64,000 bases of DNA from Terrimicrobiaceae bacterium (GCA_041752695.1 JBGSVZ010000038.1:64001-128000), one strand, 5' to 3'; shown: positions 29,005 through 39,570, numbered from the stretch's first letter. Translations and numbers: made by a program. The notes: a model not told the origin generated them from the sequence alone.

Positions 29005-31278
29005 TTAGTTGTCTGAAATCCGGGCGCGGCCCCAGGAACCGCGGTCGCTGGAGTTTTGCGAGGAACCGTTCCAGGCGAGCTGCTGTTTGCGGAAATCCCC
29101 GTCGTCGCTGTTGTCGATCATGAGATCAAAAAGCATCTCCGTGCCGGGTTTGGGCTCGATGCCCAACACTTTCCACGGGATGGCCGCTTGCAAAGCATAT
29201 CCGTCTCCGGAGACATCCTTTACCGCCAGAATTTGGCATTTCGCGGCGTCCGCCGCGTGATCCACGATGTAAATCTGCGGCGGATCCGAAGCGCCAAGAA
29301 GAATCTGCCGGTCGCTGAAAATCATGTTGCCGCCCTGATCCAGCGCCCCAGCGCCAACGAACAGTTCCACGCCGTCGGCTGACCAAAGGTAGGGCGGGGT
29401 CTTTTTGTTTTTCAGCGGGGTCTTATCCTTGATCTGGATGTTCAGGTAGAGGTTGGACTCGTCCCAGCACAGGCGAAAATCCCCGCGCAGATCAGGATTG
29501 GGCGGTCCCAAAACCAGTCGGTTGGACTCGATGGGTTCCGCGGGACGGCCCGGCCAGTTGCTGGTGGTGCCGGCGAGTTTCATGCCAGGCAGCGCTTTGG
29601 GAATCTGCACAGTCTTGCGGCTGTTGCGTTGGCTTTTGCCGTCGAAGCGGGGGTCGTCAAAGGCAAAGGCTTTTTCCCTGCCCAGCATCACATCGTAAAT
29701 CCGGTTGTGTGAGAGTTGGGCGGCTTCGACGAGTTCGGGATACGGCCGGTCCGTCACGTCCACCAGTCCAGTATTGTTTCCCTCGCCGTGGAACCCTTCG
29801 AAGAACCGCCCGGTTAGCGCCTGATCGGTGTAGATGAACCATTGCGTGCCGACCACGAAGGGTAGGGTGGCGGCCTGCTCGACGTAGTTGCGGAACGCCA
29901 GGCCACGCTCCTTTTCGTCACGAAGCTCGACCATTGCGCCGAGACCGTGGCTGGTGGTGGCATAATACCATTCGCTGAAAATTATTGGCCGGCCGCCACT
30001 CCACTCGTGAACCTTTTTGAGAAAAGCCTCCTCAATGGTGTACCCGTAATAATTGATGCTGATTACATCGAGGTATTTGCCGCCGATTTCCACGGCGTCT
30101 CTGTTGTTGGCCGTGCCCGGGGTCCAACGGCTGCCGATGAGCAGGTGGTTGGGGTCGGCTTTTTTGAAGACGCGCCGCACCATGGAATAATAGGTGTCCA
30201 AGTATAGCCGATAAAACGCCTGCATATCGGCATTGGCCGCGTCCGTGCGGATAGACAAAGGGGCTTCCTTGAGAGCTGCGAAATCCGGAAAAGGTGTTGC
30301 GGAATTCCACGCGGCGTTGAATTTTTCGATGCTCCCGTACTTTTCCTCCAGCATTTGTACCAACCTTCCCTTGGCCGCGACCTGGCTGGCTTTGTAGGCG
30401 GGGATCAACTTGGGCAGAATTTCGAAATGTTGCTCGTTTCCGAGAAAATATCCGATGAGGAGCGCGTCGTCCGATTTCGCCGTCACGCCCTTGGCGAATC
30501 TTTTTTCCAGGGACTCCTCTGTTCCTGCATAAAAAGGATCCAAAACTTCGGCCGCGCCGATTTTGTCCGGCAAAACCTGGACGCCGTCGCCCTTACCCAG
30601 AGGCAGGAAGCTGACATAGGGAAAATTCAATTTGCGCATCGTGTCGGTGTATTTGGAGAAGGCGCCTGCGCTATTAAACCCCCACGACCGCAATCGCTGC
30701 ACGACCTGGCCGGTCCATTCCTCAAACGAATAGGGTTTGCCGAATTTTCGGATCAGGTTGGTCACGTAAAACGACATGATCCCGGAGCCGGGCTGACTGT
30801 CGCGCCAGGCCCCAAGGTAGTCGCCGGTGGTCGGAGGCAGCCATTCAAAGACGTGTTCACGCCCTTTCACGGTGGTGTCGTCATCTGTTCTGGCAATGCC
30901 GCAGACGCCCATCTGAAAGAAAAGATTGCCCTCCGGCGAGACGAGAACCTGGCGGTCTCCGACTTTCTCCAAGTGAAAGAAGCCGGTTGTTTCCAGGCCA
31001 AATTGTTTCCCGCTGCCGGCCAAGCCTCCGAACGCATCCCGTTTGGGATCGGACTGGGCGTTTGCCATCTCCGCAAGCTGACGGGCTCCATCCGCCTTGA
31101 GCTCTTCCTCGGATTGGACTTTGCCAGGATAATCTTTCCGAGAGTTTTGGCCGAACCGGTCGGCGAGGAAGGAGGGTGCACCCTTCGCCGTTTCCGTGAT
31201 GACAGATTCAGGTCGGGCGAAGGCGCACGACGCGGTGGCGAGGAGGACGAATACGGACCGATCGAAAGCGGGGTTCAT
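29005..31278 (-). CDS. GH50 (beta-agarase-like) glycoside hydrolase with a C-terminal CBM9-like domain
   Basis: TGFFH...LVSPEG, RLRSWGFN, IGYFLGNE, DPNHLLIGSR, FSEW, VGTQWF.Y.DQ..TGR and GLVDVTDRPY; C-terminal WDESNLY, DGVELF and IPW. Confidence 0.85.
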   Translation of the reverse strand: MNPAFDRSVFVLLATASCAFARPESVITETAKGAPSFLADRFGQNSRKDYPGKVQSEEELKADGARQLAEMANAQSDPKRDAFGGLAGSGKQFGLETTGFFHLEKVGDRQVLVSPEGNLFFQMGVCGIARTDDDTTVKGREHVFEWLPPTTGDYLGAWRDSQPGSGIMSFYVTNLIRKFGKPYSFEEWTGQVVQRLRSWGFNSAGAFSKYTDTMRKLNFPYVSFLPLGKGDGVQVLPDKIGAAEVLDPFYAGTEESLEKRFAKGVTAKSDDALLIGYFLGNEQHFEILPKLIPAYKASQVAAKGRLVQMLEEKYGSIEKFNAAWNSATPFPDFAALKEAPLSIRTDAANADMQAFYRLYLDTYYSMVRRVFKKADPNHLLIGSRWTPGTANNRDAVEIGGKYLDVISINYYGYTIEEAFLKKVHEWSGGRPIIFSEWYYATTSHGLGAMVELRDEKERGLAFRNYVEQAATLPFVVGTQWFIYTDQALTGRFFEGFHGEGNNTGLVDVTDRPYPELVEAAQLSHNRIYDVMLGREKAFAFDDPRFDGKSQRNSRKTVQIPKALPGMKLAGTTSNWPGRPAEPIESNRLVLGPPNPDLRGDFRLCWDESNLYLNIQIKDKTPLKNKKTPPYLWSADGVELFVGAGALDQGGNMIFSDRQILLGASDPPQIYIVDHAADAAKCQILAVKDVSGDGYALQAAIPWKVLGIEPKPGTEMLFDLMIDNSDDGDFRKQQLAWNGSSQNSSDRGSWGRARISDN

Positions 31279-31303
31279 AAAGGGAGCAACAAGGAACTCG
31301 GGT

Positions 31304-31379
31304 GACACGATTTTCACGAATGGTCACGAAAGGAGATGGGGTCTCTCAGAGATTCGTGAAAATACGTGCAGTTCGTGTC
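31304..31379. repeat. REP-like inverted repeat built from CACGAA units
   Basis: gaCACGAttttCACGAAtggtCACGAA ... TTCGTGaaaaTACGTGcagTTCGTGtc; includes a perfect 11-bp IR at 31311-31321 / 31352-31362. Confidence 0.75.
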
Positions 31380-31384
31380 TAAAC

Positions 31385-32479
31385 TCAACGCGGCTTGCGT
31401 TCCCATACCCGGACGTAATCGACCACAAAATCCCAGTTCTTTTCGTCGGCCTTCATTTGGGAGATATTGACCCCAGGCATTTTCATACCCAGCTGGTTGG
31501 TGATCAAAACGTGGGCCGCCGGACCGTTCCATTCATAATAGACCTGCTTGATCGGCTTCCCGTCGAAGAGCCAGATGGGCTCGTTCTTGCGCCAGTCGAG
31601 AGCATAGACATGGAAGTTCTCCCCGCAGTCCACGCCGGTGTCGAATCCCTTGTCGGGATAGTCCTTCACGAATTTCGGCGACTCCCAGATTTTGCGCGGA
31701 TTGCCGAATTTGGCGGGTTGGTTGTTCGTCTGGATGTTGCATTCCATGATCCGACTCTTCGGACGCCCGTTCCAGTTAAAGAATTCGAAGATATCGATTT
31801 CCGGAGGCCAGGGCAGTTCGGAAAAGGTTCCATCGGGGTATTGCACGCCGCCGTTGAGCCAAAAGGCGGGCCAGGTGCCTACCCCGCGCGGGACTTTGGC
31901 CCGCATTTCGATGTACATTCCCTCCTTGATCGGCATCTTGCCGCGCAGCATCCCGGATTCGATTCCGCGGTCCCGTAGACCGCCGCCGGCAGGGATGCGG
32001 CCCTTCAGGGTCAGAGTGTTGGGGCCAAACATATGCAGGGATTTGGGATCCCCGTCCGGATAGTCGCGATGATGCGACCAGTATGTTGAAAGTTTGTCGA
32101 GTTTCCCCTGTTCGTAAATATAGCGGTAGTAAAACTCCTCATCCAATTCGGCCCGGTTGCGCACGGTGGCGTCGGGACGCCGGTTGCCAAAGGTCCAGTT
32201 TTTCACGAGCACGAAGTCCGCCTTCGCCTTGCCGGGTTCTTTCAGGAAGGGCTGCACCCGGGCGTTGGGGCGGTCCGAGAGGGGGGGCGGCGTGGGGGTC
32301 GGAGAGATGGGCGTCGGGGCTGCCGCCAACACCGGAACTGACATGGGCTGCACCGGGGCTTCCGTCGCCTGGGCGCGAAGGATTGTTGGAGAAAGCAGCA
32401 GCGCGATGGTCAAAAGTCCGCTGAAGGTGCAGAGGGAGTTCGTGGTGGCCGCGTTTGACGTTTTGACGTGTTTTGTCAT
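31385..32479 (-). CDS. Secreted GH16 glycoside hydrolase
   Basis: IESGMLR, YIEMRAK, WPAFWL, EIDIFE and FHVYALDW; Pro-rich linker after the signal peptide. Confidence 0.88.
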   Translation of the reverse strand: MTKHVKTSNAATTNSLCTFSGLLTIALLLSPTILRAQATEAPVQPMSVPVLAAAPTPISPTPTPPPLSDRPNARVQPFLKEPGKAKADFVLVKNWTFGNRRPDATVRNRAELDEEFYYRYIYEQGKLDKLSTYWSHHRDYPDGDPKSLHMFGPNTLTLKGRIPAGGGLRDRGIESGMLRGKMPIKEGMYIEMRAKVPRGVGTWPAFWLNGGVQYPDGTFSELPWPPEIDIFEFFNWNGRPKSRIMECNIQTNNQPAKFGNPRKIWESPKFVKDYPDKGFDTGVDCGENFHVYALDWRKNEPIWLFDGKPIKQVYYEWNGPAAHVLITNQLGMKMPGVNISQMKADEKNWDFVVDYVRVWERKPR

Positions 32480-32585
32480 ATGGGAAATGGCAAAGTTGCT
32501 AATACCGTGGGGCTCTTTTCCGACGACCCAGGAACCGCCTGATGTTTGGAAGGGCGGCAAGTCACGAAATGCGGGTCCATCCGTT

Positions 32586-33224
32586 TCAAGGCCGGAAAGA
32601 TCGAACGCTCCCGTTGATACGATCAACTTGAACGGTGAAAAAGTTGGCACCTTGGGCGAGTGGTTTGCCATCCTGCAGCGTCACGGTGACGAAGTTTTTT
32701 CCTGCGCTCAGATCGGTCAGTCCGCTGGGCGTGAATTGGAAGGGTATGTACCGGTAGTTGTTGCCATAGACTCCCGCATTTGGGTCCGTGTTGGTGGGGA
32801 CACGCTCTGCATGAGGGGAACCACTCACACCCGCGTCTGCCAATAAAGCGGATTCGGTTGGATCGCCCGACATGATCACCGGGCTTGGAAAATAGTCCGG
32901 TTTAGACGCGGCCACGTAAGTGCCGTTTTCGTTGAGGACAAAAATCTGGAGAGCCCGATACACGGAAGGCGCGTCGGAAACGGCGGCGTTGTGCGGGGGG
33001 AGTTTGTAGAGCCGGACTTCCACCGGGACATTGCGGGTTTGGGAGATTTGGCGGGCAAGGCTAAACTGATCAATCAAGGTCCTGCCGGCCGAGCGCAGAT
33101 TGGACGACCGCAATGTGCTGCTGAAAGCCGGGACCATCAGGCCGGCCAGCAAAGCGATGATTCCGATCACCACCAAAAGCTCGATGAGGGTGAAACCGCG
33201 GCGATGACATTGCCTGCTTTTCAT
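32586..33224 (-). CDS. vccD: Verru_Chthon cassette protein D (prepilin-type)
   Basis: GFTLIELLVV prepilin motif; ARQ...RNVPVEVR, YRALQ, NFFTVQVD and C-terminal FRP. Confidence 0.9.
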   Translation of the reverse strand: MKSRQCHRRGFTLIELLVVIGIIALLAGLMVPAFSSTLRSSNLRSAGRTLIDQFSLARQISQTRNVPVEVRLYKLPPHNAAVSDAPSVYRALQIFVLNENGTYVAASKPDYFPSPVIMSGDPTESALLADAGVSGSPHAERVPTNTDPNAGVYGNNYRYIPFQFTPSGLTDLSAGKNFVTVTLQDGKPLAQGANFFTVQVDRINGSVRSFRP

Positions 33225-36200
33225 GGAGCGAATTGTTTCGAGGCGATGACCCGGGTTTTGTAGAAGGAGCTGATCGGAGTCGTGACGGATGGGTTCGAAT
33301 AGTCGGGCATTGCGGAGTTATTGGGATCCGCATAGCGCTCTATGGTCTGGGATCCGCGGTATTCGCCTGTCACTTGGTCTTTTCCTTCAACCCATACATC
33401 GGGTGAACCGCCGGGCACTTTTTTCAAAGTCTGAACTTTGGCATGAATGGTGAAGGTATTCGATTTCGTAGTCAGGCGAGGATAGAGTGTTGCGTAAATT
33501 CGTTCTTTGCTATTGTCGCCGGTCAGACGCCTCCCGTTGGTAGAGGAAGAGTCCCTCCAATATGTCGTCATATTGGCATAGGTGGCATTGGGGTTTCCCG
33601 GGTCGACCGGCACAATGTAAAGGTCGCAAATTTCACTGGCAGACCGAAAGATGTCCTTGCTGTCGAAACGCTGAGTGAACCCTTTTAGGGTTTCCTCAGC
33701 ATTGACATCCAGACGGATATTGGACTGCGACGGAAGAGGAGCTACGCTGTAATCGTTGTATTTGTAAACACCGGCCTGAGAGTCCTTGATCGAAATCACT
33801 TTTTCGGATTTCAGCAAAGCCCTAATTCCCGTGTCTCTATTGATGTAAGTGAAGGGGACAATCTGATGGTTCATGTTGATGCGCCCGGCAGTGGAAAGCG
33901 GCTCACTGATGGCGTAGGGCTCGACGACAGGCATGTGAAAAAGATCAAGCATCAAATGATCCGCCGGCGAGGCTGCTCCTGGATGACCGGGCTCTGGGCG
34001 GAAAAGCAGTGTCTGCCAGGGTTTGTTCGCCTTTACTCCTGTTGAGAGCGAACCGAAGGTTACAGCCGATGGAACCTGGCGATTGGGAGTGAAAAGACCA
34101 GAGTTCATTGCCCCCGAGGCTTGGGATTTAAATTTCCAAGAGTAAGGTTCAACCGTGGAGCTTCCCATATCTCCTTCGTCCGGTTTGTTGATGAAAGGAC
34201 CGTCACGCACATCAAAGGGAGCATTGTCCCAATCTCCCGGAATATCGCCCACGGCAAATTCTGTGGTTTTTCCCGCAGCCACGCCGTCGAAAGGAATGTC
34301 CGAGGCCGCACTAAAATTGCCGTTGCTGACTCCAAAGTGGCTTTGACCAACGTCACCTGCCTTGACCAGGTTTTGCTGTGTGAAGGTGTCACCATTTGAG
34401 GGATAGCCTTGATAACTCGCGCCTTGAACCAGCCTTCCCAGCGAAGCCCCGTAGTAGGGCTGTCCCCGGCCCGTAAAAAAATTGTGAGCCCCCTTCACCC
34501 GTTCAGTAGCCGGATTCACCTCAAACAGCAATTCCGGGGGCATTGTTTGGGCGGCAACCAGTCTGGTGTCTCCCGCAACGACTCGGACACTCCTAATGGT
34601 GTCCTGTGGGACGATCCATCCGTTCGCATTTTCCGTCTCCAAGCCGGCTTTGATGCGTCCGCCGTGCGACCCAAAGGGAGTATCAGGGTTGGTTATGGGC
34701 GGCGCGGGCTGGACTATGGGGTCAGGAATAGTCCCGTTGTTGTAGGATTTTGTGCTGCTTCCGAAGGATCGGAAATTGAAAAGTTTTCGCGCACTGTCAA
34801 TGAAGTTTGCACTGGGATTGTTGTTGTAAACTTGGTCCGGAGCCAGCTGTGGGACAGGGGAACTTGCGGTGTCAAAATTCAAAACGATGGTTTGCAAGAG
34901 TGCCCCGCTGGCACCCGGTGCCCAGATTTTAACCGTCGCTTTTCCTCCGAATGAAAATGTTCCTTTGGGAACATTGAACGATGCGCTGATGACACTCCCC
35001 GCCTGGACGGCTTGGTTGATTCCCAATTGATCGCCTAATCCTGTGCCGTCCACGGGTTGGGCATTCTGGGAATATTTTGTTTCGGCCGGAAAAGACATGC
35101 CGACTCCATTTAGCCTAAGATCGCTCAGATCAACGCTCCATTGAAAATTCTGCCGAAACCAAGTCGAGCCCACGGAGGGGCAAAAGAATTGCGGGATGAA
35201 CATCGCTTGGATTTTCATTTGTCCAGGCGGAATTGCTGGGGTGACAATTGTTGCCGCTGCGGTCGAACCGGAATAGATGGGCAGAGGTTTTCCCGAGACT
35301 ATATCCACCTGACTTGTCGCCGAGGGATAGGGAGGTATCGATGCGTGCGTCGTGGGATCCCGTGGAACAAGGGGATCATCGCCATCGATTTGACCGATGA
35401 AAAGAACAGAGGCTCCTTGAACGGTCGGAAAGCGTCCGAATCCCCGAGTTGACGATGCGGCATCCTCAATTGGGACGACCTGGCCCCGCCCTGTTGTTCC
35501 AAACCAATTGGCCGAGCCGACGGTATATGTTGTGGCCCCGTCGGACATGTCAAAAAGATTGGTCGCGCCCCGGATGTAATCGAAGATCTGGGTAAAGATC
35601 TGTGGTTTGTCGAGGGGATATTTGGCGGCGAAATTGCCGCCGAATCCGGGAATATTTTGTTCTCCTAATGAGTTTAGATAGTTCAGAAGCGTTCGATTTC
35701 GGCCCAGTCCGGTTGGTGCAACGGCCGGAAGGTCTACTGTCGGACTGTTAGGATCTTTTCGGGTGAAATAGTAGGGATCGGAATCTGAACCCAGGGTTGT
35801 ACAAAATTTGATGAGTTCATCATACGCCGTGACGGCCGGAGTTCCTGTTACTCTGTCGAGCGTGATGGGCCAGATGCTCACACGCGGTTTGTTGAAAAGA
35901 TTGACGTCAGGAGCACGGCTGCTCGTTGTCAGAAAGAAACGGGCCCGTTCCAGACTGTTTCCGTCAAGAACGGGGAGATTTCCCAACTCGGTATTGTTGG
36001 AATCCCGGTCCGGCTTGAAAAGCAACTCGTCCACGCTGGCGTAGAGACGATTTCCGTCCAGGGCGACCGAGGGAGGGTTTGGAGGGGTGAACATGGCCGT
36101 CTGAATGGTTCCTGCGTTTGACCCACCTGTGCCGATTCGGGGGGCGAGACCGTAAAGTTTTTGCGCCCATTGAAAAGTCGTCCACTGCGGAGAACTCAAG

Positions 36201-37234
36201 GTGAAGTTTACTTCGCCGCCCAGCAAATTGATGGTGGGGGCAGATGTTCCAGGGGTCCAGTTTGATGGCGGTTTGATCACCGTGCTCAACGAGGTCATGG
36301 CGGGATGACCTGGATAACGCTGATATTCTCCATTTACCGGTTGATTGACTTTAAAAGCGTCCTCCTGTTTCGCTTTGCTCCTCGGTGTATCCCAATAGAC
36401 GCCTTCCGAGGCCGTATTAATGTTGATTTTGGTTGTTTCATCATCTGTCCAGAAAGCGACGCGTCCAACGATGGGATTGGTGGAGGTAGGTTTGTTTGCC
36501 CCCGAGAATGTTGCGCTGTTCCCGGTTCCGCCGCTGGGACTTAGAATTTGCCCGTTTTCGAGCACGTAAAGCCACTTTACAGGCATGGGAACGGGATTGG
36601 TTGTGCCGGATTCCACCGGGGCGGTGGAGCTGATATTGAAGCCCTCGATATCCCACTTGCCGTCTCCATTGGAATCGTAGGTTTTTCCGGAAATGGAAAT
36701 GGCTCCGGTAGAGTCGGAGATATTCGAGGCAAGACTATTCCCATCCACGATGGGATATTGGAAGGTGCCCGAGACTTTGACCGGCTTGTTCAGATCCGTG
36801 TAGATCGCAGAATCGTTATACCAAGTTGGGCTAATGGCTTCGGACGGAGATGAAGGGTCAAAAGCACCCGAGCCCTGCATGATATCCCATGAATAAAGTT
36901 TGAAATATCCGGCCTTGTTGCCGCTGGTGTCGTAAGTGCGAATCATGCCTGGCTGGGAGGCCCAGGCGAGAGGCTGGCCGGGTGTGGACGGATCCGGCCC
37001 CGTGTAGCCCTTGGTCGCCTCGACAATCTGGTCTGTCGCGAGGTTAAAGGCGGATTGGGACAGGAGTTTTGCGGTGACGCCGTCCGCGTATTGTTTCGAG
37101 GACTTGAGTTCCGTTCCAATGCTGGCCAGAAAAGCCAGGGCGAGGGCCGCGAGAAACACGAGGCTGGCCAGAACGATGAGCAGGGCTGCTCCACGGGTGT
37201 GGGGGACCGTGGGTTTTGAGGGGAGACATTTCAT
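33221..37234 (-). CDS. vccA: Verru_Chthon cassette protein A
   Basis: GAALLIVL, WASQPGMIR, MPVKWLYV, NPIVGRVAFWTDDETTKININTASEG, FFLT..SRAP, PWQTLLFRP, MPVVEPYAISEP, TGDNSKER and GEYRGS. Confidence 0.93.
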   Translation of the reverse strand: MKCLPSKPTVPHTRGAALLIVLASLVFLAALALAFLASIGTELKSSKQYADGVTAKLLSQSAFNLATDQIVEATKGYTGPDPSTPGQPLAWASQPGMIRTYDTSGNKAGYFKLYSWDIMQGSGAFDPSSPSEAISPTWYNDSAIYTDLNKPVKVSGTFQYPIVDGNSLASNISDSTGAISISGKTYDSNGDGKWDIEGFNISSTAPVESGTTNPVPMPVKWLYVLENGQILSPSGGTGNSATFSGANKPTSTNPIVGRVAFWTDDETTKININTASEGVYWDTPRSKAKQEDAFKVNQPVNGEYQRYPGHPAMTSLSTVIKPPSNWTPGTSAPTINLLGGEVNFTLSSPQWTTFQWAQKLYGLAPRIGTGGSNAGTIQTAMFTPPNPPSVALDGNRLYASVDELLFKPDRDSNNTELGNLPVLDGNSLERARFFLTTSSRAPDVNLFNKPRVSIWPITLDRVTGTPAVTAYDELIKFCTTLGSDSDPYYFTRKDPNSPTVDLPAVAPTGLGRNRTLLNYLNSLGEQNIPGFGGNFAAKYPLDKPQIFTQIFDYIRGATNLFDMSDGATTYTVGSANWFGTTGRGQVVPIEDAASSTRGFGRFPTVQGASVLFIGQIDGDDPLVPRDPTTHASIPPYPSATSQVDIVSGKPLPIYSGSTAAATIVTPAIPPGQMKIQAMFIPQFFCPSVGSTWFRQNFQWSVDLSDLRLNGVGMSFPAETKYSQNAQPVDGTGLGDQLGINQAVQAGSVISASFNVPKGTFSFGGKATVKIWAPGASGALLQTIVLNFDTASSPVPQLAPDQVYNNNPSANFIDSARKLFNFRSFGSSTKSYNNGTIPDPIVQPAPPITNPDTPFGSHGGRIKAGLETENANGWIVPQDTIRSVRVVAGDTRLVAAQTMPPELLFEVNPATERVKGAHNFFTGRGQPYYGASLGRLVQGASYQGYPSNGDTFTQQNLVKAGDVGQSHFGVSNGNFSAASDIPFDGVAAGKTTEFAVGDIPGDWDNAPFDVRDGPFINKPDEGDMGSSTVEPYSWKFKSQASGAMNSGLFTPNRQVPSAVTFGSLSTGVKANKPWQTLLFRPEPGHPGAASPADHLMLDLFHMPVVEPYAISEPLSTAGRINMNHQIVPFTYINRDTGIRALLKSEKVISIKDSQAGVYKYNDYSVAPLPSQSNIRLDVNAEETLKGFTQRFDSKDIFRSASEICDLYIVPVDPGNPNATYANMTTYWRDSSSTNGRRLTGDNSKERIYATLYPRLTTKSNTFTIHAKVQTLKKVPGGSPDVWVEGKDQVTGEYRGSQTIERYADPNNSAMPDYSNPSVTTPISSFYKTRVIASKQFAP

Positions 37235-38331
37235 GGGGAGGAACTCCATTTGGCGCCCCGAAGGGCGACTTCGGAACGGAAGACGCGATAGGCGGCCCGT
37301 TTTTGGACAAGGGCATCCGTGAGCTTTTTCAGATCGGTCTCCAAAAGGCTGGCATCCTTAAACAGGTTGGAGAGCCCGCCGGCGACTCCGAGGTCGGGCG
37401 TGGTATTGTCTTGGCAGAGCCGCTGGGCGGAAACTTCGTCAATGGCCACCATGACCACCTCCACCACGGGTGGAAGCTGGTAGTCGGTCACTCCCGCCGC
37501 GGTGACTTTTCGAGTGTCGTACTCGAAGTCGTCCGCCAGTTCGGAGACCTTCCCTTTGCTGATCGCATCCTCCGAATCGGCCCTTGACAGTTTAGGGAGC
37601 ACGACGAAGGCCACGATGTTTTCGGTGAGAATGCTGATGGGGGGCGGGTCGGTGGCAAGGGGAGTTTTGAACCAGGCCTTTTCGTCGGTAGCCGCAGGGT
37701 CGTATACCTTAAGGTTTTGTGATGGCTGCAGATATTGCATGAGACGAAAGCGGTATCGGTCAGCGGGCTTGTTGGGCAAGGTCCCGAGAAATCCGGGAAC
37801 GGAGTTATCCTTGTCGTAGGCGACATAAAATCCACACCCCGTCAGGAGGGTGTCCATCCCGCCGTAATTGACGGTATCGTCCGTGTACCCCAGAAGCGCC
37901 TGAAAAAACAGGGCGTGGCCCACCTGATTCGGCACGAGAGATTTGCCGGAGAGAAAGTGGAGGTCCGAATAACGGCCATAGCGGGTCGGGGTGAAGGTGG
38001 TGCTCCCGGCGGCAAGCGCGGCGGCGCGCGAAGTGGCTCCGTCAAAGTAATCGTAATAGGTGTTGAGCGTCGCCTGGCTAATCTTTCTGCTCAGGGTATC
38101 GAAGGCGGTTCGCGCGCCCTGGAAGGCCTCGATCTTGGCGGTCGATTTGCCCCAGCTTTGCGAGATCATCTGAGTAATGCTAAAGATGATTCCCAGAATG
38201 AGCGCTAAAATGACGGTCGCTACGAGGAGCTCGACAATCGAAAATGCCTGCCTGTGGCGCAGGGAAAGAAACCTGCGGCGGGGGGAGGGAGCGGAATCTG
38301 CCGCCATCTCCATGCGGGCTCCAAACTTCAT
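37231..38331 (-). CDS. vccC: Verru_Chthon cassette protein C (prepilin-type)
   Basis: AFSIVELLV, QATLNTYYDY, RYSDLHF, RFRLMQ and QLPPVV.V.MVAIDE. Start uncertain (38331 or 38313). Confidence 0.9.
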   Translation of the reverse strand: MKFGARMEMAADSAPSPRRRFLSLRHRQAFSIVELLVATVILALILGIIFSITQMISQSWGKSTAKIEAFQGARTAFDTLSRKISQATLNTYYDYFDGATSRAAALAAGSTTFTPTRYGRYSDLHFLSGKSLVPNQVGHALFFQALLGYTDDTVNYGGMDTLLTGCGFYVAYDKDNSVPGFLGTLPNKPADRYRFRLMQYLQPSQNLKVYDPAATDEKAWFKTPLATDPPPISILTENIVAFVVLPKLSRADSEDAISKGKVSELADDFEYDTRKVTAAGVTDYQLPPVVEVVMVAIDEVSAQRLCQDNTTPDLGVAGGLSNLFKDASLLETDLKKLTDALVQKRAAYRVFRSEVALRGAKWSSSP

Positions 38332-38339
38332 GAAAACGG

Positions 38340-38789
38340 TTATCCCTTGGGAATGACCAGGGAATATTTTTTCGGATTTGCGGGATGCGCCACGTTGGAG
38401 ATTTCGATGATGGCGCATTTACTGCCCGCAGCAGTGACGCTGGCATCCGCCGGCGCGGAAACGTCGCACAAGGCCACCTTGGCCGTGTAAAGGGCCGCCG
38501 GATCGCTGGCGCTCGAGAGAAGATCACCTTCATCGCTGTAGTAGCTAAGATTAGTCGAAGCATACTTGTTGGTGACCAGACTATACTCGGTGAGCAAAAT
38601 TTCGTTGCTCAAGGCCTGCACGATCTGCGCCTCCGCGGTGAAGGAGATGGCATTGCGAAATACTCCCAGGCCCATCGGAACCAATCCCAAAATAGGAACC
38701 ATGGCAAAAGCGACGATACCCATCGCTATGGTGGTTTCCACCAGCGTGAATGCTCGGCGTGGTTTGGTTGGCGGGAGAGGGGAGATCAT
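38340..38789 (-). CDS. vccB: Verru_Chthon cassette protein B (prepilin-type)
   Basis: AFTLVETTIAMGIVAFAMVPILGLVPMGL and YYSDEG. Confidence 0.9.
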   Translation of the reverse strand: MISPLPPTKPRRAFTLVETTIAMGIVAFAMVPILGLVPMGLGVFRNAISFTAEAQIVQALSNEILLTEYSLVTNKYASTNLSYYSDEGDLLSSASDPAALYTAKVALCDVSAPADASVTAAGSKCAIIEISNVAHPANPKKYSLVIPKG

Positions 38790-38807
38790 TTTTTGGGAGC
38801 GTGAATA

Positions 38808-38837
38808 TACAATGTGGTTACAATGTATGTTTGTCAA
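38808..38837 (-). promoter_or_regulatory. Putative vccB promoter overlapped by a tandem TACAATGT motif
   Basis: Minus-strand TTGACA at about 38832-38837; TACAATGT at 38808 and 38819 (11-bp spacing). Confidence 0.5.
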
Positions 38838-38987
38838 CGGGATTAGCATAGGACATTTTGCCAATTGAAGTTGCGTAGCCCGTCTGAGGAACTGCTGAAG
38901 AAGGAGAGGAAGGAGGCCGCTGGGGGATGCTCATGGCGATGGGTTTCTTTTAGTGTCAGGAATCTCGTCTGTCAAAGAGGCAACAAG

Positions 38988-39000
38988 GTTAACGGTTAAT
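38988..39000. promoter_or_regulatory. Candidate operator, copy 3
   Basis: GTTAACGGTTAAT, 12 bp from a minus-strand TTGACA (38970-38975). Confidence 0.7.
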
Positions 39001-39236
39001 CGGCTTCGCCTACGCGAGAGCCCCTTTCGGTGCGGGGGAAAAATTGGAAGAAATTGAGTCCGGCGTTACTCTGGCTAGGATTGCTTGCTAGCGGAGTTTT
39101 CAGAAAGAACGGTGCTTTTTGTTTTTTCCCAAAACGAGGAAAGCTGGCAGGTTTTCACGGCGGACTCCTTGAGGGATGACTGGTCTGGAGTCTTATAGGA
39201 AATCCGTCGGAGAAAGTGATCTCAAGGCCAGGGAAT

Positions 39237-39570
39237 TCAGCCGGTCCGGTCGTGGAATTCCGGGGTGATCACGCCTTCCCACCGGTCGAGGTCTCTGGCC
39301 AGGAAGTGGGGGAGGTTTTGCAAGGCCTGCTCTCCGCATGATGGGATACCGTCCCGGGTCGCGCCGGCAATGTGTGGAGACAGCAATGTTTCGGGAATCG
39401 ATAGCGAGAGCGAATCTCCCGGCAGGGGTTCAACACGGAAAACATCCAGACCAACACGAATTCCGCCCTCGGACGCAAGTCGGCCAAGCGCGTTTCGTCC
39501 ACCACCTCGCTGTGGCCCACATTGACAAAGACAGCCTCCCCGGGAAGCCGCCTCAGAAGGGCTCCACTCC
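39237..39570 (-). pseudogene. C-terminal remnant of a D-2-hydroxyacid dehydrogenase, frameshifted
   Basis: LLRRLPGEAVFVNVGHSEVVDE, then a frameshift near 39495, then ALGRLASEGGIRVGLDVFRVEPLP...LLSPHIAGAT to a stop at 39237. Confidence 0.8.
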
